A stretch of DNA of 64,000 bases from Thermoplasmata archaeon (GTDB lineage Archaea > Thermoplasmatota > Thermoplasmata > Lutacidiplasmatales > UBA184). Position 1 is the first letter of the stretch; every line of letters begins with the position of its first letter. The stretch covers positions 23,432-87,431 of the forward strand of contig JASHPK010000027.1 of the NCBI GenBank assembly GCA_030038095.1, written 5' to 3'. Under the pieces are notes generated by a model. That model had not been told where the DNA came from and did no database searches. It was given only the letters and a program-made list of their open reading frames with translations. Positions 54,797 through 63,896 of the stretch are shown here, one piece after another. The translations under genes and the position numbers were made by a program.

Positions 54797-55702
54797 ATGG
54801 CAATGCCAAGAGGGGGCCTGGACGAGCGGCCGATCCTGCAAGTGGGGGCCACCGGACATCTCGGTGGTCTGGTCCTAGGAGAACTCGTGGCTCGAGGCAA
54901 GAGGGTACGAGCCCTCGTGCGGCCCGGAAGCGACCCCTCCCGACTGCCTAACGGGGTCGAGATCGTCCGTGGTGACCTGCTCGATCCTGCTTCCCTGCGC
55001 GCAGCGTTGACCGGCACCTCCGCGGTCGTCACTTCGGCGATCGGATACTCCCAGCGAAGAGAGGGCGATTCGTTACAAACCGACCGGGAAGGAAACCGTA
55101 ACCTGGTGGATGCGGCGAAGAATGCCGGGGTGTCCCGGTTCGTCCTCCTTAGCATCCTGGCCTGCGATCAAGCTCCCGACGTGCCCCACTTCTGGGCGAA
55201 GAAGGAGACGGAGGACTACCTGAGTCGGCAGGGAATGCCGTTCGTCTCCTTGAGGCCGGGAGCTTTCCTCTACGCTCCCGAAGGCGGATACGGTCAGATG
55301 ATCCGCCAGGCGCTGGAACACGGACAGGTGTTCGGCTTAACGCCCGAGGGAACCCGGATCACCTACATCTCGCCGAAGGAGGTCGCTCGAGCTATGGCAT
55401 TGGCGCTCGACGAGCCACGGGCGCTCGGCCAGAAGATCGACCTGGGGTCGGATCGCCCCTTGTCGGGTCCGGAGTACGCGGAGCTGATCGGTAAGCTGCT
55501 GGGTCGATCGATGAGCCTCGCCCGGATGCCGGGAGGCAGAGGGGGCCAGAGTGACGACATGATGGCCATGTTCCGGTTCTTCCAGACGGGCAAATATGTC
55601 GCCGACACCCGCCAGCAGGCCCAGCTCTTCGGACCCGTGCCGAGAATCGAGGACGCGGCTCGGGACATGCTCTCGGCTCTGGGTCTCCTCTCCCAACGAT
55701 AG
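54797..55702 (+). CDS. NmrA-like / atypical SDR NAD(P)-binding protein
   Basis: ILQVGATGHLGGLVLGELVARGKRVRALVR Rossmann motif, then ...NLVDAAKNAGVSRFVLLS. Confidence 0.82.
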   Translation: MAMPRGGLDERPILQVGATGHLGGLVLGELVARGKRVRALVRPGSDPSRLPNGVEIVRGDLLDPASLRAALTGTSAVVTSAIGYSQRREGDSLQTDREGNRNLVDAAKNAGVSRFVLLSILACDQAPDVPHFWAKKETEDYLSRQGMPFVSLRPGAFLYAPEGGYGQMIRQALEHGQVFGLTPEGTRITYISPKEVARAMALALDEPRALGQKIDLGSDRPLSGPEYAELIGKLLGRSMSLARMPGGRGGQSDDMMAMFRFFQTGKYVADTRQQAQLFGPVPRIEDAARDMLSALGLLSQR

Positions 55703-55930
55703 CCGGGTCGGCCTCTGCCGGCACCCTGGAGACCACGCCTCGAGCACGGCGATTCGGTCCGCTCGTCCGGGGTGGACCCGCGACGGCAGTCCGAGGAGCC
55801 GATCCCCGCACCGCCGGCCTCGCAGGAAGTCGACCGGAGCCGTGGCCCCTCCGAGTTCGGTGAGCTCCGGACCTCGGAAATCCACCTGATTTTCCAAAGG
55901 TCGATATATTACATCGACTTCCGACGGTGC

Positions 55931-56713
55931 ATGCATCGGTGGCTCTGCCTCCTGCTGTCGATAGCCGTGGCAGCGACCGTCGCCGCACCGAGTGGAATGG
56001 CTCTCGCCTCGAGCCAGACCAGTCACTCCAGCCTGTGGGGAGCCGTCGTCGCGACCCCCTCTTCTTCGAGTGCCTACAACTGGGCCGGGTACGCCGAGAG
56101 CTCCGGCACCGGCACCGTGACTCAGGTCACGGGCGCGTGGACCGAACCCTCGGTAACCTGTCCGCGCGGAACCACGCTCGCCGCGTTCTGGATCGGAATC
56201 GACGGGTACAGCTCGAGCACGGTCGAGCAGGATGGCACCCTCGCCCAGTGCTCCCATGGAACCGCCAGCTACTATGCATGGTGGGAGACCTACCCGGCGA
56301 ACGCGGTTCAGGAGTTCGCGACGGTCCACGCGGGGGACAAGTTCAACGCCACCGTCTCGTGGAACTCGGCCACGGGGAAGTTCACCATGAGCATCACGGA
56401 CATCACCTCCGGCACGACGTGGACGAAGGTCTCCACCAACAGCGGGGCTTCCGAGAACAGCGCGGAATGCATTGCCGAGCGGCCGGCGGGAGCCAGCAAC
56501 TCGAGCGGCCTGTATGCACTGGCCAACTTCGGAACGGTCTCGTTCACGTCCTGCGCCGCGACCGTCTCCGGCACCTCGGGGGGCATCGGCTCGTTCTCGA
56601 CGGTGTATGAGATCACCATGGTGAGCTACCCCTCGGGCACCCGCACGCTGGCTGCCCCTTCGCCGCTGACCAGCAACAGCGCCTTCACGGTGACCTGGAA
56701 GCACGCGTCCTAG
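55931..56713 (+). CDS. Secreted peptidase family G1/A4 (eqolisin), copy 2
   Basis: 260 aa from MHRWLCLLLSIAVAATVAAP. AYNWAGY, FWIGIDG, VEQDG, YYAWWE, AECIAERP. Collinear with 39639-40484. Confidence 0.85.
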   Translation: MHRWLCLLLSIAVAATVAAPSGMALASSQTSHSSLWGAVVATPSSSSAYNWAGYAESSGTGTVTQVTGAWTEPSVTCPRGTTLAAFWIGIDGYSSSTVEQDGTLAQCSHGTASYYAWWETYPANAVQEFATVHAGDKFNATVSWNSATGKFTMSITDITSGTTWTKVSTNSGASENSAECIAERPAGASNSSGLYALANFGTVSFTSCAATVSGTSGGIGSFSTVYEITMVSYPSGTRTLAAPSPLTSNSAFTVTWKHAS

Positions 56714-56798
56714 ATTCGTCGCCCCATCCGTGAGCCCAACCCCTTCGGCCCCACTCTTACCGCCCCTAGGCTTCCCCCCGAAAGTTCCTGTGAGACCC

Positions 56799-56804
56799 TT
56801 TTTT
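56799..56804 (+). terminator. Oligo-T tract (T6) 86 nt downstream of the G1 peptidase stop; candidate archaeal terminator
   Basis: gagacccTTTTTTcg read directly. T-runs are rare in this GC-rich window. Confidence 0.3.
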
Positions 56805-57160
56805 CGTTCTGGAGTTCCGCGGAGCGGCCGAGGTTCATCCGCAGCGCCCTGCAGGAGAGCGAGTGAGCTCCCTCGGGGGCCGATGAGAGGCCCGGGGGCG
56901 ACCCTCTCATTCCCGAACCGGCCCGGCGGGTCAATCGGCGCCGAGGGCGACTTTCGAATCTGGAACTTCTAGAACCGGGTGTCGGATCGAGAACGGAGAG
57001 GATACGTTGATCCGGCCCGGGAGTCGTCGCAGCGGTGGGGAACCCGCCGAGGGAACGAGGAGCGAGAGACCGCCGGAGCACGGACCCGCTCAACGGAAAG
57101 CGGGTCGATGAAACTCACTGGGCGTGGTGTTAAGCGACTCTCCGCGACTCCATACTGACC

Positions 57161-57601
57161 ATGGCCGCGAACAACGCAAACCAGAGGGCCGGGCGAAAGT
57201 CCGCGGAACGCCGCGCGGGGAAGTCCTCCAAGTCGGCCGAGGCGCGCGCCCACCCGATCGCGGACCTGACCGAAGGCGAAAGCGCGCTTCTCGCAGCGAT
57301 TGCCCGAATGCCCGAGCCGGACCGCTCGGTGGGCCATCGGATCCATGAGATCATCCGGGCCAACGCTCCCGGCTTAACGCCCCGAACCTGGTACGGGATG
57401 CCGGCGTACTCGAAGGAGGGAAGCGTGGTCTGTTACTTCCGGGGTCGCGACAAGTTCAAGGAGCGATACATCACGCTCGGCTTCAACGACGAGGCGCATC
57501 TCGACGAAGGCAACCTCTGGCCCATCGTCTATGCGATCACGGAGCTGACACCACCCGAAGAGGCGAGAGTCGCCGCCATCGTGAAGCGGGCGGTCGGCTG
57601 A
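57161..57601 (+). CDS. DUF1801 (YdhG-like) domain protein
   Basis: 146 aa. ...RTWYGMPAYSKEGSVVCYFRGRDKFKERYITLGF... is the typical DUF1801 core. Basic N-terminal tail. Confidence 0.7.
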   Translation: MAANNANQRAGRKSAERRAGKSSKSAEARAHPIADLTEGESALLAAIARMPEPDRSVGHRIHEIIRANAPGLTPRTWYGMPAYSKEGSVVCYFRGRDKFKERYITLGFNDEAHLDEGNLWPIVYAITELTPPEEARVAAIVKRAVG

Positions 57602-57947
57602 GCCCTTCGGAGACCACACTTCGGTCCCATCCGGTGGGCACCCACGGATGTGTATTGCCGATGACCCCATGGATGCGGCCCGCCGGGGAGGTAAGTCGTC
57701 GATCCAACGGTGGCGTCTACATGTAGGTCGCGTTCTCTGGCCACGCTGAAGGCGACCCTGCGTGGGTGGAGCCGCCCCGGGGGGAAAGGGACTTTCGATC
57801 ACGATTCTCGTCGACAAGCTAGACGATCCGGAGCGCGTGTTCCGGGCCGAATCCTCGCGGGCCCGTGGATCACTCAACCCGTAGCTGCTCGAGGCCGGCC
57901 GATCGTGCTGAGGAGGGGTTCCGACGGCCATCCGACGTCCGGTCCTA

Positions 57948-58379
57948 ATGTCTAAAGACCACGGGCGATTGCCACCGAGGGGGATCCACGTGGAAACTGT
58001 GATTGAAAGCCTGGAAGCGGTGACCGTGCACGTCCGGGACATCGAGAGTGCGAGGAAGTTCTACCGAGACGTGCTCGGGTTGAAGGAAGTCGCATTCGAC
58101 CTCCAGGCCTCTCGGGCCGCATTCGCCATCCCGGGCACCGAGACCCAGCTCACGATGCACGTCCAGCGAGAGGGGGAAGGAGGGAGGGAGCCGGGGACGG
58201 TCTCGGGGCTCGTGTTCCGTCACCAAGATCCCGCCGGGGCGCTCGAAGAGATCCGCCGACGCGGAGGCACGATCGTGAACGAGGTGAGGACCTTCCAGGC
58301 GGCGGTGGGCATGGTGACCTCGGGCGTCTTCGCGGATCCGGATGGGAACGAGTTCGTGTTGAGAACGGTGCGGAAGTGA
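57948..58379 (+). CDS. VOC (glyoxalase) family protein, second copy
   Basis: LEAVTVHVRDIESARKFYRDVLGLKEV...FADPDGNEFVL. The start may be the internal GTG near 57990. Confidence 0.8.
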   Translation: MSKDHGRLPPRGIHVETVIESLEAVTVHVRDIESARKFYRDVLGLKEVAFDLQASRAAFAIPGTETQLTMHVQREGEGGREPGTVSGLVFRHQDPAGALEEIRRRGGTIVNEVRTFQAAVGMVTSGVFADPDGNEFVLRTVRK

Positions 58380-58449
58380 TGGCCCGGCCCCGACTCGGTC
58401 GAGTCGCGCGCGGCACCGAGCCCCGGCCACGCTCGCCCGGATCGGCCGT

Positions 58450-58863
58450 ATGAGTCTTGAGGCGGAAACGGCCGTGGTTCGTCGCTTCGTCGAGGAGGTC
58501 CAGGGAAGGCATCGATCGGAGCTCGTGGAAGAGCCGGCTCCCCCTGCCTACATGGATCACGTCCATCTGGTAGGCTCCCGACCCATGGAAGAAGCGAGGG
58601 AACCGCGAGAGGCCCTACGGCGGCCCTGGAGTGGGAGGCTCCTAGCGTTTCCCGAGCTCGAGGCTCGAATCGACGATCAGATCGCCGAAGGAGATCGCGG
58701 GGTCACCCGCAAGGCGTTTCGGGGAACGCATCTCGATCCGTTTGGGGGCCAACCGCCCACCGGTCGATGGGACGAGTTCGAGGTGGCCGATATCTTTCGC
58801 GTCTCCGAAGGCAAGATCGTCGAGCACGGGTCACCACTCGATATCCTGGGATTGGCCCATTGA
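58450..58863 (+). CDS. SnoaL-like predicted ester cyclase
   Basis: 137 aa. VVRRFVEEV...AFPELEARIDDQIAEGDRGVTRKAFRGTHLDPFGGQPPTGRWDEFEVADIFRVSEGKIVEHGS follows the ester-cyclase consensus. Confidence 0.7.
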   Translation: MSLEAETAVVRRFVEEVQGRHRSELVEEPAPPAYMDHVHLVGSRPMEEAREPREALRRPWSGRLLAFPELEARIDDQIAEGDRGVTRKAFRGTHLDPFGGQPPTGRWDEFEVADIFRVSEGKIVEHGSPLDILGLAH

Positions 58864-58917
58864 CTGGGTCCCGAACTGCCGGGCTGACACGACGCGGGAC
58901 ACGAGGAGGCTCGGAAG

Positions 58918-59370
58918 TTGTCCGACCCGAAGGGCAGTGTACTCCACCAACAGGCGCTGACGGTGATGGGGTTCTTCACCGGTCTCGTCCTCACGTCCCT
59001 GGTGCTGATCCTCACCGCGCCGGGACCATTCCATACCCCCATCGGTCCGCTCTCGGGGGAGCAGTACTTCGAGACCCTGATGACCTACGTTGCGACCGTG
59101 GGCGTCGTGAGCAGCGTGGCGATGATCGCGTTCCTCGAGGTAGCGGGCGGCATGTCCCAGACCTACAGTTTCGTCGACCGACTGGGCACGACACTGTTCT
59201 TCCTCAGCGTCTTCGGGTTCATGGGGATCCTGCCCCTGATCCTCGTGCCGTTCTCTCGGTGGGGCGCGGTCGTCGTCCTCGTACTGGAGGTGGTGCTGCT
59301 CGGAGTCTACTTCGTGGGCCGGCGAGTGGTCAAGCCTCATCCACCGAAGTCCCGCGAGAGCGCCGGGTGA
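58918..59370 (+). CDS. 4-TM membrane protein (hypothetical)
   Basis: 150 aa. TTG start 8 nt after GAGGAGG. Four hydrophobic segments. Confidence 0.55.
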   Translation: MSDPKGSVLHQQALTVMGFFTGLVLTSLVLILTAPGPFHTPIGPLSGEQYFETLMTYVATVGVVSSVAMIAFLEVAGGMSQTYSFVDRLGTTLFFLSVFGFMGILPLILVPFSRWGAVVVLVLEVVLLGVYFVGRRVVKPHPPKSRESAG

Positions 59371-59592
59371 GGCTCCCTCCGCCCATTCGGTGGTTCGCGC
59401 TGACGGGGCCGGCCGGATGGCGGGTTGAGGCGATCGCACCCCGTACGCCTATCTCGCCGAGGGTCTTGCATTCGGGGCCCCAATGGGCCCTTCGGAGGCC
59501 GACCCTCGAGGACCGGCACGCCGGGCCTCCGTCTCTACGGATACGGTGTTCCGCCAAGAAATTCATGGCCATCGCGACGGTCGGGTGAATCG

Positions 59593-60549
59593 ATGATGAA
59601 GGCGATCGTTCAGGATCGGTATGGTGGGGCAGCGGTACTCAAGCTCGAAGAGGTTGCGACCCCGGTCCCGGACGCGACCAGTGTGCTCCTGAAGGTTCGA
59701 TCCGCATCCGTGAACGGGTTGGACTGGCGGATCCTCTCGGGAAAGCCCCGCCTTGGGCGCCTGCTCTTTGGTGTTACGCACCCCAAGCGCAGAATTCGGG
59801 GGGTCGACGTCTCGGGCGAGGTCGTGGCGATCCGGAAGCCCGACTCGCGCTTCAAGCTGGGAGACGCCGTGTTCGGCTTGGGCAGCGGCTCCTTCGCGGA
59901 GTTCGTCGCTGCGGATGAGGCCGAGATCACGGCCAGGCCCGACTCGGTCTCCTTGGAGGACGCGGCCACGCTGGGGATCGCCGCCGTCACGGCGCTTCAG
60001 GGATTGCGGGACTTGGCCCGGATCCGAGCCGGTCAATCCGTCGCGGTCCTGGGTGCGGGTAGCGGAGTGGGTACCTTCGCCGTCCAGATCGCCAAATGGA
60101 TGGGGGGGCGCGTCACCGCGGTGTCGACCACCGAGAACGTCGACCTGCTCCGGTCCATCGGCGCGGATGCGGTCGTGGACTACCGAAAGGAGAACTTTCC
60201 ACGAGGGCAGGAGCGATTTGACGTGATCTTCGACATCTCCGGACGTGTCTCGCTCGGCCATCTGCTCCGCGCCGTGGGGCCGAACGGCGTTCTCGTCATT
60301 GTCGGCGGCCGCGGTGGAATGGGTCGGTTCCTGCTCGCCGGTCTGCGTCGGCGGCTGTTTCGTCAGCGCGTCCACGCGTTGATCGCAAAGGTCAACGTCT
60401 CCGATCTGGCTCAGCTCGGTGAACTCACTCGGCAGGGGAAGATCAAGCCCGTCATCGAGGCGGTCTACCCCCTCACCGAGACTCCGCGGGCTCTGGCCCG
60501 GGCCGAGCGCCACCAGGCCCGAGGCAAGCTAGTGATCCGGGTCGCCTGA
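59593..60549 (+). CDS. MDR-superfamily NAD(P)H:quinone oxidoreductase / zinc-independent alcohol dehydrogenase-like
   Basis: 318 aa from MMKAIVQDRYGG. ...VLLKVRSASVNGLDW..., GQSVAVLGAGSGVGTFAVQIAK, ...HQARGKLVI. Confidence 0.88.
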   Translation: MMKAIVQDRYGGAAVLKLEEVATPVPDATSVLLKVRSASVNGLDWRILSGKPRLGRLLFGVTHPKRRIRGVDVSGEVVAIRKPDSRFKLGDAVFGLGSGSFAEFVAADEAEITARPDSVSLEDAATLGIAAVTALQGLRDLARIRAGQSVAVLGAGSGVGTFAVQIAKWMGGRVTAVSTTENVDLLRSIGADAVVDYRKENFPRGQERFDVIFDISGRVSLGHLLRAVGPNGVLVIVGGRGGMGRFLLAGLRRRLFRQRVHALIAKVNVSDLAQLGELTRQGKIKPVIEAVYPLTETPRALARAERHQARGKLVIRVA

Positions 60550-60611
60550 CGCTCCAACCGCTCGGAACTCGCGATCGTCATTGCGGCCGTTCGGGAATCG
60601 ACTCCATCGGC

Positions 60612-62342
60612 TCAACGAAACAGGTTCACCTTGGCGAGGTCGACGATCTCGTCGCCCCGTCCGCTGAGCACGGCCTTGACCAGCCAGAGGCTGAATCCCT
60701 TCACCACGGATCGGTCCAGCGAGGGCGGCATCGCCACCTCCTGATTGGACACGGTCACGTCCAGGAGCGCCGGGCCGGGATGGCGAAGCAACTCCGCAGT
60801 CTTCGGTTCGATCTCCTCGGGGACCTCCGCCCGCAGGCCTTCGATGCCGACGGCCTCGGCAACGCGCGAGAAGTCAGGGTTCCTCAAGTCGACCCCGGCT
60901 TCGAGAAAGCCGGCGGACATCTGTTCCAATCGCACGAACCCCAGAGCACCGTTGTTGAACACGATCACCTTGACCGGCAGATTCAGCTGCCTCAGCGTGA
61001 GGAGCTCCCCGAACAGCATGGCGAGTCCACCGTCTCCGCACAGGCTCACCACCTGTCGCCCCGGCGAGGAACAGGCCGCCCCGATCGCCTGGGGAAGGGC
61101 ATTGGCCATCGACCCGTGCCAGAAGGAACCCAACAGACGGCGGCGGCCGTTCATTCGCAGGTACCGGGCCGCCCAGACCGTGGGCAATCCCACATCGCAG
61201 GTGAAGATGGCATCGCCGGCCGAGAGCCGGTCCAGGACCTTCACCACGAACTGGGGGTGCACGGGGGACTTCCCCGGCTCTCCGGTCGCGAGCGCGTCCA
61301 GGGACTCGCGGGTCTTCGCGTAGTGCTCGAGCGAAGCGGTCAGGTGTTCCCCGTCCGACTTCTCTTGCACGGCGGGGAGCAGAGCCCGGAGGGTCGTCCC
61401 CACGTCCGCCACCACCCCGATATCGATCGCGGTGCGCCGGCCGATTTGCTCCGGATCGATGTCCACCTGGATCTTCTGGGCGTGCTCCGGATAGAACTGC
61501 CGATACGGGAAATCCGTGCCGAGCATGAGCAGCACCTCCGAGTCCATCATGGCATGGTAACCGGAGGAGAAGCCGATGAGGCCCGTCATTCCCACGTCGT
61601 AGGGGTTGTCGTACTCGAGGCTTTCCTTGGCGCGCAGGGTATGGACGATCGGTGCGTGGAGCTTGGCCGCGATCTGGAACAATTCGTCCCTCGAGCCCGC
61701 GCATCCGGAACCGGCGAGGACGGTGACTCGACTCGCGTCGTTCAACGTGTGGGCCATCCGGCGGATCTGATCGGCCGTTGGGCCGGTCCCGCTCTGGGTC
61801 TTCGGCGCGGCCCGATTCGGCTTTGGGCCCTGCGCGCGCATCAGCGCGACGTCGCCGGGGAGCACGATGACCGCGACGCCCATGCGGTTGCAGGCTGCGT
61901 CGAGGGCCGACTCGACGACCGGAGCCAGGTCCTCGACCTTCGAGACGACGCCCTGGTAATGACTGCACTCCCGGAAGATCTGCTCGGGATGCGTCTCCTG
62001 AAAGTAGTTGGACCCGATCTCGGGAGACGGAATCTGGGCCGCGAGGGCAATCACCCGGGCCCGACTCCGGTGAGCGTCGTACAGCCCGTTGATCAGGTGG
62101 AGATTCCCCGGACCGCAGCTGCCCGCGCAGACCGCTAGGCCCCCCGTCAACTGGGCGACAGCGCCCGCGGCGAATCCCGCGGCCTCTTCGTGCCGAACAT
62201 GGATCCACTCGATATCCCTTCGGGAGCGAATGGAATCGGTGATGGCGTTCAGAGAGTCGCCGGCGACTCCGAAGATCTGGCGGACGCCCGCATCCACCAG
62301 GGCGTCCACGAGAGCATCTGCGACTCGGGCCATCCGGGCCAC
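60612..62342 (-). CDS. poxB: Thiamine-diphosphate-dependent pyruvate oxidase/dehydrogenase (PoxB-like)
   Basis: 576 aa. IFGVAGDSLNAITDSI...IEWIHVRHEEAAGFAAGAVAQLTGGLAVCAGSCGPGNLHLINGLYDAHRS...NYFQETHPEQIFRECSHY closely follows the E. coli PoxB N-terminal sequence as I recall it. TPP motif GDGG...NN is present. Confidence 0.9.
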   Translation of the reverse strand: MARMARVADALVDALVDAGVRQIFGVAGDSLNAITDSIRSRRDIEWIHVRHEEAAGFAAGAVAQLTGGLAVCAGSCGPGNLHLINGLYDAHRSRARVIALAAQIPSPEIGSNYFQETHPEQIFRECSHYQGVVSKVEDLAPVVESALDAACNRMGVAVIVLPGDVALMRAQGPKPNRAAPKTQSGTGPTADQIRRMAHTLNDASRVTVLAGSGCAGSRDELFQIAAKLHAPIVHTLRAKESLEYDNPYDVGMTGLIGFSSGYHAMMDSEVLLMLGTDFPYRQFYPEHAQKIQVDIDPEQIGRRTAIDIGVVADVGTTLRALLPAVQEKSDGEHLTASLEHYAKTRESLDALATGEPGKSPVHPQFVVKVLDRLSAGDAIFTCDVGLPTVWAARYLRMNGRRRLLGSFWHGSMANALPQAIGAACSSPGRQVVSLCGDGGLAMLFGELLTLRQLNLPVKVIVFNNGALGFVRLEQMSAGFLEAGVDLRNPDFSRVAEAVGIEGLRAEVPEEIEPKTAELLRHPGPALLDVTVSNQEVAMPPSLDRSVVKGFSLWLVKAVLSGRGDEIVDLAKVNLFR

Positions 62343-62509
62343 CGTTCAAAGCCGAGGTAGCGACGTGCACTAATTAAGCCGACAAGCACGGACCTCCCTT
62401 CCGGTCGCAGAGGTACGTCCGCTCCCATTCGAGTCGAGGGACGCGGGGGAGCGGCCGTCAATGGGTGGGGGGAAAGAGCGGCGTCCGAATTTCCCGCCGT
62501 TCGATCGAT

Positions 62510-62695
62510 CTAATTCTCAAACTTGGATCCGCAGTTCGTACAGAACCGATTGGATTCATCCTCCACTTCGGCGCCGCAATCCGTACACACCAACGGCTCC
62601 TCCCCCGAGGCTTTGGCGAGGGATAGTCCGCAGGCGCCACAGAACTTATCGCGAGGCCTTGTCGACTTGCCGCAGTTCGGGCATTTCCGGGCCAT
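62510..62695 (-). CDS. Small double zinc-ribbon protein
   Basis: 61 aa from MARKCPNCG. KCPNCG...FCGACG and VCTDCG...FCTNCG. Confidence 0.6.
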   Translation of the reverse strand: MARKCPNCGKSTRPRDKFCGACGLSLAKASGEEPLVCTDCGAEVEDESNRFCTNCGSKFEN

Positions 62696-62871
62696 GCGGT
62701 CTCCAATCACGACTCCGTCTGGTAAGAGTCTAGCCATAGACCTCGGGGGCGGCGTCTCGCCGGGGTCGGGCCCGAAAACTGGTAGGTTTCGTGATCGAAC
62801 GGCGACGCGACCCGCCGGATCAGCTTCGGGACGAGCGGCTCCCAGCACCTCGGAGGGATCGGGCCCCGACC

Positions 62872-63306
62872 TCAGGTCGAGGGCGGGTCGATCGTGAGCC
62901 GCTTACCCATGCTCACGACATCATCGACCGAGTAGCCGAGTCGTTCATAGAATTCGATCGCGCTTCGGTTCGAGGTGCGCACTTGGAGGTTGATCTTCGG
63001 ACAACCCAGCTCCCGAAGTCGAGCTTCGGCCCCCGAGACGATCTCCCGACCGAGCCCTTGGCGCTGATGAGCTGGGTCCACGGCCACGTAGTTGAGCCAC
63101 CCCCGGTGCCCCTCGTACCCGGCCATAACGGAGGCCACGATCTCTCCATCCAGAGTTCCCACCAGAAAGAGTTCGGGCCGGACTCGGAGCTTGCGCTGGA
63201 CATCCTGGTGCGGATCGTTCGTAGGCCGGATCAGCCCGCATCGTTTCCAGAGGGCCACCACGGCGTCCTGATCCTGGGCCTCGAGGGCCCGAACGGTCAA
63301 TCGCAT
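62872..63306 (-). CDS. GNAT-family N-acetyltransferase (YpeA-like)
   Basis: 144 aa. YVAVDPAHQRQGLGREIVSGAEARL, ...AIEFYERLGY. Confidence 0.88.
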   Translation of the reverse strand: MRLTVRALEAQDQDAVVALWKRCGLIRPTNDPHQDVQRKLRVRPELFLVGTLDGEIVASVMAGYEGHRGWLNYVAVDPAHQRQGLGREIVSGAEARLRELGCPKINLQVRTSNRSAIEFYERLGYSVDDVVSMGKRLTIDPPST

Positions 63307-63506
63307 GTTTGGTTCAAGGGACTCGTGGATTAATGGGGATGCGCGATCCGGGTCGGCTCGTACGATCGGATGGGGCGCGACCCGGTCTCCCCCTCGGATT
63401 CACCGACAGCGGACGTACCGCCTCCCGCGCGTGGGGTCATCGTCGAGGAGCGCTCGGGCGTCCGAAGGGCGTTCGGACGATATCGGGCTCCAGCCGCGAA
63501 CCGGAC

Positions 63507-63710
63507 TCAACTCCCCGCGGAGGAGGACCGACGGGTCATGAGCCAGTAGAGGCCGCACGATACGAGAAGCCAGACGATGAGGAGCAGAGCGATCACGACG
63601 GTGGATCGTGGAACGAAGGCCATGAGAATGAAGGCGAGGAAGTTGACGGCGATGAGACCAACGAGGACCGCCGCGGCCACTCTCACGAGCCTCGCTTTGC
63701 GCGTTGCCAT
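63507..63710 (-). CDS. Small 2-TM membrane protein (hypothetical)
   Basis: 67 aa from MATRKARLVRVAAAVLVGLIAVNFLAFILMAF. Reasonable GC3. Confidence 0.45.
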   Translation of the reverse strand: MATRKARLVRVAAAVLVGLIAVNFLAFILMAFVPRSTVVIALLLIVWLLVSCGLYWLMTRRSSSAGS

Positions 63711-63896
63711 CGACAGTAGTTGCCGGTCGGTGGAGGAAGGGCTTCGCCCCTCGGAAGACCCTTTCCCTCCGGCCGAGCTCACCGGGCATCGAGCCGTCGT
63801 TTCTCCTTCCGCGGGTCGTGCATCCTCCCAGCGGTCCACGTGGGGTCGGACGGAGGAACTAGTAGTTCCCGGGGTTCGGCCCAAGCCGGAGCCGGG

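Noticed and set aside
62872-63306. GNAT gene considered as a possible GNAT-toxin (TacT/AtaT-like) TA module with the nearby small zinc-ribbon gene
   Set aside because: There is no RHH/DUF1778-type antitoxin immediately upstream. The zinc-ribbon gene is 176 nt downstream and not overlapping. The sequence looks like an ordinary YpeA-type acetyltransferase.
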